Below, piece by piece: positions 8,799 to 16,325 of a stretch of DNA of 43,240 nucleotides. The DNA comes from an uncultured Syntrophaceae bacterium. GTDB lineage: Bacteria > Desulfobacterota > Syntrophia > Syntrophales > UBA2210. The notes beneath the pieces are model-generated. The model was given only the letters and a program-made list of their open reading frames with translations, made no database searches and was not told the DNA's origin. Position 1 is the first letter of the stretch, and each line of letters opens with the position of its first letter. The stretch is from positions 1 to 43,240 of the forward strand of contig CAYSHT010000002.1 in NCBI GenBank assembly GCA_964430915.1. Direction: 5' to 3'. The translations under genes and the position numbers were made by a program.

Positions 8799-8831
8799 AT
8801 ACCCCGCCGCCACCCGCGGCGGGGTATTTTA
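8799..8831 (+). terminator. Rho-independent terminator downstream of the usp gene
   Basis: A perfect 12-bp GC-rich stem pairs ataccccgccgc (8799-8810) with gcggcggggtat (8816-8827) around a 5-nt loop, followed by tttt (8828-8831). Confidence 0.65.
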
Positions 8832-9321
8832 TTGAGCGCAAGAAGTGTCATAATGACGCACGACATGCCATTTTGATTCATTATGCGTAACTATTTGAAT
8901 ATACGAAACAGTCAGTTTATCTTATCCCTCGCTACGCCATTTAGGCACAAAGCATTTCTCCTTTGTAACCATCCTTTGGCATGTAAATTTCACTGAAACA
9001 GGGCCGTCAGTCTTATGTTTCGTTTGCTTTTTCCAAGATTACCGGGTTTTGATATTATGGGTAGGTGTTATCTTCTTCCAAAAGGGCTCTCCGCATAAGC
9101 TCCGCGGAATTTATAACCTTTGTCCCCTTTGTTTTGTCGAGACGGGCACCGATCGTTCTGTTGCAGCCGGGGTATCCTGAAGCGAGAACCGTGGCGTTTG
9201 TATTATAAATATTCCCCCATCTTCTTTTCTCTTATACGTACCGATGTCTCACCATGTTCTACCTCAAACTCACCACCCCCCTGCAGACGCTACGGAAATT
9301 TATCTCATCAGCTCTTTCCTG

Positions 9322-9687
9322 TTATTCCTCATATGGCCACACCATGCGACAATCTCCATAGTCGTACCCCACACTGAAACCAAAAATTGATGTTGTTTCA
9401 GGGTTTTTTAAATTAAAACCTATACCGATAACACCCATATCATAACCAAACCCGAACTGAAGACGATTATCTTCGCTTCCGATACCCAACCCAATTCCAA
9501 CATTGGTATCGCATCCCGGTCCGCTATTAAATGTCTTACCGCCGATGCCACAGATAAAATCGCCTAATTTAAGCCCCAACCCTCCTTTCCGACAATCACA
9601 ATCAACATATTCCGTCTCTTCTGCAAAGGCTAAGGCCCCGCAACCCAGAAAAGCCAGGAGCATTAATGTGACAACTAAGCTTTTCAT
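9322..9687 (-). CDS. Small secreted Gly/Cys-rich protein of unknown function
   Basis: The 121-aa ORF has a strong Shine-Dalgarno (taGGAGGGttcacaATG) and a signal peptide MKSLVVTLMLLAFLGCGALAFA with a possible lipobox (LGC). The mature part has Cys pairs (CDC, C, C) and alternating Gly/hydrophobic strands (VGIGLGIG, FGFGYDMGVIGIGFNL, IFGFSVGYDYG). Confidence 0.55.
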   Translation of the reverse strand: MKSLVVTLMLLAFLGCGALAFAEETEYVDCDCRKGGLGLKLGDFICGIGGKTFNSGPGCDTNVGIGLGIGSEDNRLQFGFGYDMGVIGIGFNLKNPETTSIFGFSVGYDYGDCRMVWPYEE

Positions 9688-10293
9688 TGTGAACCCTCCT
9701 ATCCATTTTACTTTTTGTGCTTTTCATAAAGCGGTAAGTATCGAATGATTCTGGTTTTAATGGGGGCTTATCCCGACACATTGTATCTAAAACCCCATAA
9801 TATCCTGATAGCATGTTCTCCATAATACATACAAGCGGCTTATATATAGATTACACCACTATACTCGCGCTTCGATTGTGGACTCACAATTGCTGCCTTC
9901 TTTTTTTCTGTATCCACTATTAGAAGCCATTGATCCCTTTTTAATCACCTCTTCGGCAACATTTAATGTAATCCAATTCGATTCCCCCTATAATTTCTTG
10001 ACAAGTAGTAAAAATAATATAAAAAAGTAAATATAAGTACTTTAAGCATTACCGCATTATCTCTCCGGCACAATCAAGATCGTGCTTGTCCTCGGAAATA
10101 AAAAAGTTCGGCGAGCCCTTTTTTTCACGCGAGGGGTTGCAAAAGACAGGGGATAATGCGGGAATTAGCGCCCGTAAGAGTAGAGTATCTGCCAGTAAAG
10201 TAGGTTGGGATGACTTTAGTTGGCAAGAGGTGTGATTAAACATCTCGTGAAAGCACAGCCCAGATCAGTGAGTGCAGAACCTCCACATCAATG

Positions 10294-10319
10294 CTATCTG
10301 GGGACATGTCTCCAGATAG
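10294..10319. promoter_or_regulatory. 26-bp near-perfect palindrome (candidate operator) upstream of the LuxR-type regulator
   Basis: In ctatctgg-g-gacatgtc-t-ccagatag, 12 of 13 positions are self-complementary. The centre lies about 60 nt upstream of the ATG at 10368. Confidence 0.4.
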
Positions 10320-10367
10320 GGATAAAAGATTGATATTCCACAGCTTACTCTAATTAAGGAGTTTCTA

Positions 10368-11582
10368 ATGGGGGAAAAAGGGAAGATCGAAAAAGACATC
10401 ATGAGTGTGGTTATCATCGAAAATGAAGGAACATTCCTGGAGCAGATCAAAGATGCAGTGGAGGGTGATCCCGGTTTGAAGATTATCGACGTGAGAGTTG
10501 ACCTGCCGGGAGCGGCGGCTCTTATGAAAAAAATCAAAGATGCACCCGACGTAATCCTTGTCGGCTTTGACATCCTCAAAAAGGCGGCGGCCCACGATAC
10601 CGGAACTCTTCTGAAACTGAGAGAGAAAATGCCGGACACCAGGCTTATCGTGATGGTTGAGAGATATGCTGATGAAGAAATGTTCCGTATGATAAACGAG
10701 GGGATACGGGGATTCTTCCTCAGGGGGACATCGCCAGGCCTTATTACAAAATGCATAAGGGTAGTACTGGCCGGCGATATGTGGATAGAGAACGCCTTCG
10801 TTGCCAAGATCTTTGAAGGAATGTCTCGCCGCCATATAATGGAGAAAGGGCAAGAGGCCAAGGGACGCAAGATAAGGGCCGTCATTTTTGACGAGGACAG
10901 CGTTTTCATGGAGAACCTGAAGGAAGTTATAGGAACCACCTCTGATATCGAGATCGTTGATACGAGGAGTGATATCAAGGAAACCACGGAGTTCATATTC
11001 AAAACGGAGGAGCGGATCGACCTGATCCTTGTCAGCTTCAACATACTCAAAGAGGTGGCGTCCTCGAATATGGAAACCATCATAAAACTGAAGACGAAAC
11101 TGCCCAAAATCCGTGTGGTCGTCATGGGGGAGCGATACGTGGAGGAGGAAATATTCCGCATGGTGAAGGAGGGGATACGGGGTTTCTTCGTAAAGAGTGA
11201 TATTTCATCCGATTTCATAACAAAATGTGTGAGAGTCGTCGCTGCGGGAGAGGTCTGGATGGGCGCTAAGCTTGTCGGCAGGGTGTTCGATGAATTCTCC
11301 CGCTACTACAGCGAGGCAGAGGGAGAACTCAGATCGCCGTCCCCGGAAGATATGGACAAGCTGTCACTTCTCACGAAGAGGGAACATGAACTGCTGGACC
11401 TTGTATCCAGAAGTCTCACGAACGAAGAGATAGCCGAACGCCTCTTCATCAGTACCGAGACAGTGAAAACCCATGTAAGAAACATATTTGAAAAGCTGGG
11501 TTCCAGAAACAGGGTGGAAGCCACACTCCTCTATATAGGAGCGTTAGACATGCGGGAATTCAGCGCGCAGGAGGCGCTCTGA
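10368..11582 (+). CDS. LuxR/NarL-family transcriptional regulator with two tandem receiver-like (pseudo-receiver) domains
   Basis: The 404-aa ORF has an AAGGAG Shine-Dalgarno 8 nt upstream. Its C-terminal HTH is LTKREHELLDLVSRSLTNEEIAERLFISTETVKTHVRNIFEKLGSRNRVEA. Two internally homologous REC-like modules span roughly aa 13-150 and 170-310 and share ERYxxEExFRMxxEGIRGFF and ITKCxRVVxAGxxW. Confidence 0.85.
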   Translation: MGEKGKIEKDIMSVVIIENEGTFLEQIKDAVEGDPGLKIIDVRVDLPGAAALMKKIKDAPDVILVGFDILKKAAAHDTGTLLKLREKMPDTRLIVMVERYADEEMFRMINEGIRGFFLRGTSPGLITKCIRVVLAGDMWIENAFVAKIFEGMSRRHIMEKGQEAKGRKIRAVIFDEDSVFMENLKEVIGTTSDIEIVDTRSDIKETTEFIFKTEERIDLILVSFNILKEVASSNMETIIKLKTKLPKIRVVVMGERYVEEEIFRMVKEGIRGFFVKSDISSDFITKCVRVVAAGEVWMGAKLVGRVFDEFSRYYSEAEGELRSPSPEDMDKLSLLTKREHELLDLVSRSLTNEEIAERLFISTETVKTHVRNIFEKLGSRNRVEATLLYIGALDMREFSAQEAL

Positions 11583-11589
11583 AAAATCA

Positions 11590-11985
11590 TTATTGATAGA
11601 GATCGCGTTTGCTGTTCCATCGACGCCGAAGGAGAGGCACAGACTTAAGGGTGGGTATGGAGGCCCAGTAGATCAGAAGACCAAGGACATCGGCAGTCAG
11701 GTCATAGACAGAACACAGGCGGCCCGGCAGGAAGTACTGAATGATTTCGATAATCAAACCATAGCCCAATAAAGGCACCGTTTTTGAAAGATTCAATCGA
11801 CTGTCGGGAAAGGAAAAGTCTGCCAGAAGCGCCAACACATAGAACGCCAGAAGGTGGCCCGCTTTATCGTGAATGTCTTCTATCACAGGATAATGGATAT
11901 AGGTCGTCGCAAGATAGGTAATCATTATCAGAGTTGCAAAGAGCGTGAGACGGAAACCTATAACATTTGATCGTGACAAACCCAT
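11590..11985 (-). CDS. VanZ-like small integral membrane protein
   Basis: The 131-aa ORF has 4 predicted TM segments, plus DKAGHLLAFYVLALL and GYGLIIEIIQYFLPGR...DLTADVLGLLI blocks typical of the VanZ family. Confidence 0.6.
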   Translation of the reverse strand: MGLSRSNVIGFRLTLFATLIMITYLATTYIHYPVIEDIHDKAGHLLAFYVLALLADFSFPDSRLNLSKTVPLLGYGLIIEIIQYFLPGRLCSVYDLTADVLGLLIYWASIPTLKSVPLLRRRWNSKRDLYQ

Positions 11986-12056
11986 ATTTAAATTTATCCT
12001 CTGTTTTACTTAAAACCACCCACATGCATTGTATTGACGCCCTCTGCCGACTATAT

Positions 12057-12647
12057 TCAATATAATTCCCAGCAAATGAGGCCTAACTCCTCCGCGAGCC
12101 TTTCTGCCTCGTCTTTTGTCAGATCAACTTCAACCTTTCCTCCGCCAGGGTGGGCGAGGGTCAACCTGCAATTGTCACCCCTTTTTTCCAGGGAAACCTT
12201 TTTGCCGGGGGGACACTTCACGGACTGGTCAATCCAATCGTCGGGATTGAACTCGGCAATCTGGATCAGAACTCCAAAGGCATATCTGGGGTGGATGAAC
12301 AATTCCTTCCATATGTCCCCCATATCGTTAAAACCGAAATAGGGGATCTGGTGCTTTTCAAGAATCTTCCTTGCCTCGTAAATGTCGGGGGTCTCCAGGG
12401 TTATGTGGTGAACACCACCATCTTTATCCTTTAAAAAGTTGGCGAGAAAACTTTCATCGCCCGTGGGTTTCATGATCTCAAGTCGCGAAAGGTCACCCAG
12501 CGAATAGATATGCCAGTAAAAATTCATCCCCGTATCGTTAAATCCCACACCGGGAATCGCCCCTAGAATGTCCCTGAAGAAATGTACCGCCTGTTCATGT
12601 TCCTCTTCTCTTACCGCAATTGATACGTGGTCTATCCGCGATATCAT
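12057..12647 (-). CDS. VOC-family (glyoxalase / methylmalonyl-CoA-epimerase-like) protein with a C-terminal extension
   Basis: The 196-aa ORF has the N-terminal IDHVSIAV...A..FF.DILGA and later GGVHHITLE, typical of the vicinal oxygen chelate fold. The last roughly 60 aa are unassigned. Confidence 0.7.
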   Translation of the reverse strand: MISRIDHVSIAVREEEHEQAVHFFRDILGAIPGVGFNDTGMNFYWHIYSLGDLSRLEIMKPTGDESFLANFLKDKDGGVHHITLETPDIYEARKILEKHQIPYFGFNDMGDIWKELFIHPRYAFGVLIQIAEFNPDDWIDQSVKCPPGKKVSLEKRGDNCRLTLAHPGGGKVEVDLTKDEAERLAEELGLICWELY

Positions 12648-12806
12648 TGTGCCCCCTATTTGAGTCTAACTCCTGAAGAAGATCAGGACGTTCTCTTTGC
12701 TCAGCAACAAACTTTCTGAAAATAAATAGCCTTATCAGGGCATTTTATCAAGGTTTTTCAAAAATCGATTGACTCATCGGTGCAGAAAGTGTCATTTTTC
12801 TGATGC

Positions 12807-12859
12807 AAAAATCCTGATTCCCGGGCATGCCTCTCGTCGCCTCCAATCGGGGATCAGGA
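12807..12859 (-). terminator. Terminator-shaped hairpin on the minus strand inside a divergent intergenic region
   Basis: A 12-bp stem with one G-U pair joins 12812-12823 and 12848-12859. On the minus strand it is followed directly by UUUUU (plus-strand aaaaa at 12807-12811). It lies about 165 nt upstream of the VOC gene start on the same strand, so it may be an attenuator rather than a gene-end terminator. Confidence 0.3.
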
Positions 12860-12893
12860 ATGATAAAAAAATTGACGAAGGGGGATATTACCC

Positions 12894-13670
12894 ATGCCTT
12901 TTGAAGCACTCCTTACCGGGAAGAAAAATCAGATCGGTACAATTTCGCTCAACCGCCCGAAACAGTTCAACACCTTCAGCACGACAATGGCAAGCGAACT
13001 GAACGAGGCCCTGATTAAGATGGAGGGGGACAAAGAAATCCGGGTCGTTATAGTCAAGGGTGAGGGGAAGGCCTTCTCGACGGGGATAGATGTCAGCGAG
13101 TTCGAGGGGAAAACGGCGTCCGAATACCATGCGTGGATCAACCTCATGAACGAGATGAATATGACCATCGCCTCCATGGGGAAACCGGTCATTGCCTCCA
13201 TTCACGGATTCGCGGTGGCAAACGGTGCGGGTTTCATGGCGGCGGCGGATTTTGCCATCGTGGCGGAAGGGACTAAGATCGGCACCTCGGCGATAAACGT
13301 GGGGCTTCTCTGTTCCGGGCCCATCATCCCCCTCAGTTATTCCCTCAGCAAAAAGAAGGCCCTCGAGATGCTTTTAAGCGGCGACATGATCGATGCGGAA
13401 GAAGCTGAACGCCTGGGGATTATCAACAGAGTGGTCCCACTCGAAAGACTCGATGAGGAAACACGTGCCTTTGCGGGCAAATTTATTGACAAAAGCCCCG
13501 TGGCGGTCAGGCTCGGGAAAAAATTCTACTATGAGATGATGGACATGACCTTCCGTCAGAAGTTCGCCCTCGCCGACGAGGTCTTCGCACGGTTATGCAT
13601 GACTGACGATGCCCGCGAAGGGGTGAGCGCATTTCTGGAAAAGCGAAAACCGGAATGGAAGGGACAGTAA
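12894..13670 (+). CDS. Enoyl-CoA hydratase/isomerase (crotonase superfamily)
   Basis: The 258-aa ORF reads ISLNRPKQFNTF...VIVKGEGKAFSTGIDV...ASIHGFAVANGAGFMAAADFAI and ends in EGVSAFLEKRKPEW. These are canonical crotonase-fold motifs. Confidence 0.9.
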   Translation: MPFEALLTGKKNQIGTISLNRPKQFNTFSTTMASELNEALIKMEGDKEIRVVIVKGEGKAFSTGIDVSEFEGKTASEYHAWINLMNEMNMTIASMGKPVIASIHGFAVANGAGFMAAADFAIVAEGTKIGTSAINVGLLCSGPIIPLSYSLSKKKALEMLLSGDMIDAEEAERLGIINRVVPLERLDEETRAFAGKFIDKSPVAVRLGKKFYYEMMDMTFRQKFALADEVFARLCMTDDAREGVSAFLEKRKPEWKGQ

Positions 13671-13758
13671 ACCCAGTTTTTCTTGCTTACTCTTTTCCGC
13701 AGCACAGATGCCTTTCGCCACACAGGCATCGTGACGAAAACCCGAGGGCCCCGAGCAT

Positions 13759-14205
13759 ATGAACAGAATCAACACCATTTACACTATAGGCACGAGCAAT
13801 CGTGGGATTGGGGAATTTATTGAGGTGCTGATCCATTATGGAATCAATCTCATCGTCGATGTGAGGAGTCTTCCCAAAAGCAGATTTATTCATTTCAACA
13901 GGGAAAACCTCGAATCTTCTCTCTCCGGAAAGGGCATAGAGTATCAGTGGATGGGCGATATCCTGGGCGGCTTTCGCGCCGGCAGTTACGACACCTATAC
14001 CGGATCGGAGGATTTCAAAAATGGCCTCGCTGGGCTGGAGAAACTGGCCCGTGAAACACCCTCGGCTTTCTGCTGCGCCGAGCGTTCACCCTGGGAATGT
14101 CACCGGCGTTTTATCGCCCGCGAGCTTGAAAGAAGAAACTGGTTGGTTTTACACATTCTCGATAAGGACCGACTCTGGACTTACGAACAGAAGGAATTGT
14201 TCTAA
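13759..14205 (+). CDS. DUF488-family protein
   Basis: The 148-aa ORF reads IYTIGTSNR..EFIEVL...INLIVDVRS.P.SR and has the C-terminal CCAERSPWECHRRFIA, characteristic of DUF488. Confidence 0.7.
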   Translation: MNRINTIYTIGTSNRGIGEFIEVLIHYGINLIVDVRSLPKSRFIHFNRENLESSLSGKGIEYQWMGDILGGFRAGSYDTYTGSEDFKNGLAGLEKLARETPSAFCCAERSPWECHRRFIARELERRNWLVLHILDKDRLWTYEQKELF

Positions 14206-14243
14206 ATAAAATCGACGAATGTTCCAGCTTTTTTGCGAGACGG

Positions 14244-15608
14244 TCAGAAGTAATAGGCGAGCCACATATAGGCACTATCTGGAGACTTGATCATGATATC
14301 GGTGGGCGGTATCCTGAAGCCGCCGTATTCCGTATCCCCTCCTCCAAAGAATATATTCCCTCCGCAGGTAAACTGAATATCCTGGGTGACATCCCAGGCA
14401 AGGCGGGGCTGGAATATACCCGACGGATCATCACAATTATTGATTACTGTCACAAAGAGATTCACCAGTGGATGGACCTCCATCCTTACATATCCCGCCA
14501 GGTATAAGCGGCCGAGGGTAAATAATTCTCCGCGGTCGAGACGCTCCGCGACGGTTTTTTCAAAAAGGGCATCGGAATAGCGGTCGTCACCGAGACCGTT
14601 GTAAAAAAACTCGCCAAAACCGTAGAAATTCTTTTCCCACCAGATCCAAGAATAATCCATATTTGCGGTAAGAGAAAGAAAATCCCTCTCGTCGCTTTTT
14701 TCGTCAAGGAAGGTCCATGTCGCATCGAGTCGCCATGCTGTATCCCCCAGATATCCGGAAATTCCCGCACCTACAACGTCATCTTCAAAGTGGCGTGCCG
14801 CCATGATGTCAAACTCGGTCGTATCTTTCGCGAAGTGCATCTTTCCCGCGAGAGAACTCTGGTCGCTTTCCATATCGCCCGTCGAAGGGTCGCGTCTCGG
14901 CACATAGAGAAACTGCAGATCAGAAGACCGGCCGAGGGAAAACTGCGCCGAGGCCATATCGTCCCCCACCTTGTATTCCCGCTCTATATCGGTGGGTGCA
15001 AAGGGATTAAAGAGGTCCATCGGGTTAAAAAGGAAACCGTTTCCCCAGGTAACGGCCTGCCTTCCGAGACGTACCACGAATCTCTCTTTCTGAACCGTAA
15101 GGGAAAGACGATCCAGCCGGTGATAGAGTATGAAATCGCTATCATCGGATATCACCTTCGTGAGATCCATCAATCTTCGGTCGTCCTCGATTTCACGTTG
15201 TATATACCCCTCTTCGAAAACACCCGCGAAAAGCCGCTCCAGTTCCTTCTCTTTTCTTCTCTTCTCTCCACCGGAGAGTATCATTTCATAGTGCGTGTCG
15301 AGATAGAGAGATGAGCCGAAATAGAGGCGGTTCTTCAGGCGGCCTTCAACACTTCCGTCATAGCATGTCTCCGTCCCCACGAACCGATAGAAGGATTCGT
15401 CGTCAGGCCATGAGGCGACACCTCGGCACTTTATATAGCCACCCCATTCCGCATCAATGTTTTTGAGAAAATTTACTGGAATATTCGATTTGTCCGGCGT
15501 GATGTCTTCTTCGGCCCATACCACAGGCACTCCGACGATTCCGAAGGCAAGCCACAGAACCAGAAAATATGGAATAATTATGAGACCTTTTTCGATAGCC
15601 CTTCTCAC
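14244..15608 (-). CDS. Secreted putative outer-membrane beta-barrel protein (DUF1302-like by motif)
   Basis: The 454-aa ORF has a signal peptide (LIIIPYFLVLWLAFGIVGVPVVWA) and alternating-hydrophobic strands throughout. Its C-terminal beta-signal is ...MWLAYYF (terminal Phe), and it carries the motif LGRQAVTWGNGFLFNPMDLFNP. It is the last gene of the ABC/LolA-like operon. Confidence 0.6.
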   Translation of the reverse strand: MRRAIEKGLIIIPYFLVLWLAFGIVGVPVVWAEEDITPDKSNIPVNFLKNIDAEWGGYIKCRGVASWPDDESFYRFVGTETCYDGSVEGRLKNRLYFGSSLYLDTHYEMILSGGEKRRKEKELERLFAGVFEEGYIQREIEDDRRLMDLTKVISDDSDFILYHRLDRLSLTVQKERFVVRLGRQAVTWGNGFLFNPMDLFNPFAPTDIEREYKVGDDMASAQFSLGRSSDLQFLYVPRRDPSTGDMESDQSSLAGKMHFAKDTTEFDIMAARHFEDDVVGAGISGYLGDTAWRLDATWTFLDEKSDERDFLSLTANMDYSWIWWEKNFYGFGEFFYNGLGDDRYSDALFEKTVAERLDRGELFTLGRLYLAGYVRMEVHPLVNLFVTVINNCDDPSGIFQPRLAWDVTQDIQFTCGGNIFFGGGDTEYGGFRIPPTDIMIKSPDSAYMWLAYYF

Positions 15609-15615
15609 GACGGAA

Positions 15616-16302
15616 TCATTCCTTCACCTGGTCCTCGGCCACCAGACCGTCCCTGATCTGGACGAGTCGTCTCGCAAAATCCATCACCATTTTATCATGG
15701 GTTGAAAAGATAAAGGTCACACCTTTCTTCTCGTTCATCTCCCGCATCATCTCCAGAAGCCCCTCGCCGGATTTTGAATCAAGGTTTGCCGTGGGTTCGT
15801 CGGCCAGCACAATCGAAGGATTCGAGACAATGGCCCTGGCAACGGCAACCCTCTGCTGCTGCCCTCCCGATAGTTCGGCCGGACGTCTGTGGTAGAGCCC
15901 CTCGAGCCTGACATCATCCAGAATGGCCGTCGCCCTCGCCCGCCGCTCCGCCGGGGGAACACCCTGGAGGAGCATGACAAACTCCACATTTTCCATAGCG
16001 GAAAGGACGGGGATTAAATTATAGGCCTGAAATACAAACCCGATGCTGTGAAGCCGGAGATTCGCAAGTTCGGCCTGGTTCATCCGGTCGATCTGATTTC
16101 CGTTGACTGAAATGCTTCCCTCATCAGCATAGTCGAGACCGCCGATGATGTTCAGCATGGTCGTCTTTCCCGACCCGGAGGGCCCCGCAAGGGCAAGAAA
16201 ACCGCCTTCTTCAATAGAAAGATTGACTCCTCTCAAGGCATGGACTTCCACTTTCCCCTGTCGATAAATTTTTCTAACATCCCTGCATTCCACTATGTTC
16301 AT
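15616..16302 (-). CDS. ABC transporter ATP-binding protein (LolD/MacB-type)
   Basis: The 228-aa ORF has Walker A GPSGSGKTT, a Q-loop, the signature LSGGQQQRVAVARA, Walker B IVLADEPT and the H-loop STHD. Confidence 0.9.
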   Translation of the reverse strand: MNIVECRDVRKIYRQGKVEVHALRGVNLSIEEGGFLALAGPSGSGKTTMLNIIGGLDYADEGSISVNGNQIDRMNQAELANLRLHSIGFVFQAYNLIPVLSAMENVEFVMLLQGVPPAERRARATAILDDVRLEGLYHRRPAELSGGQQQRVAVARAIVSNPSIVLADEPTANLDSKSGEGLLEMMREMNEKKGVTFIFSTHDKMVMDFARRLVQIRDGLVAEDQVKE

Positions 16303-16325
16303 GAACAGTCTCCCCTGTTACAGCC

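Noticed and set aside
9120-9377. An 85-aa plus-strand ORF in the gene-poor region.
   Set aside because: It has no Shine-Dalgarno, a Cys/Pro/Ser-rich junk-like translation, and it overlaps the 3' end of the better-supported minus-strand small-protein gene.
9602-9823. A 73-aa minus-strand ORF overlapping the 5' end of the small secreted protein gene.
   Set aside because: It lies in a different frame from the Shine-Dalgarno-supported 121-aa ORF, and I saw no signal or motif. It is probably spurious.
9989-10003. Consensus TATAAT (9989-9994) and TTGACA (9998-10003) hexamers in the AT-rich spacer, as a possible promoter.
   Set aside because: The -10-like box lies upstream of the -35-like box on the plus strand. 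Neither has a properly spaced partner better than 4/6, and in AT-rich DNA such hexamers arise by chance. They are mentioned only as context.
10265-11218. A 317-aa minus-strand ORF (and the nested 162-aa ORF at 10365-10853) opposite the LuxR regulator.
   Set aside because: It is a Ser/Ile/Phe-rich low-complexity translation with no Shine-Dalgarno. The plus-strand frame has clear REC and HTH motifs and a strong Shine-Dalgarno, so the minus-strand ORF is a shadow ORF.
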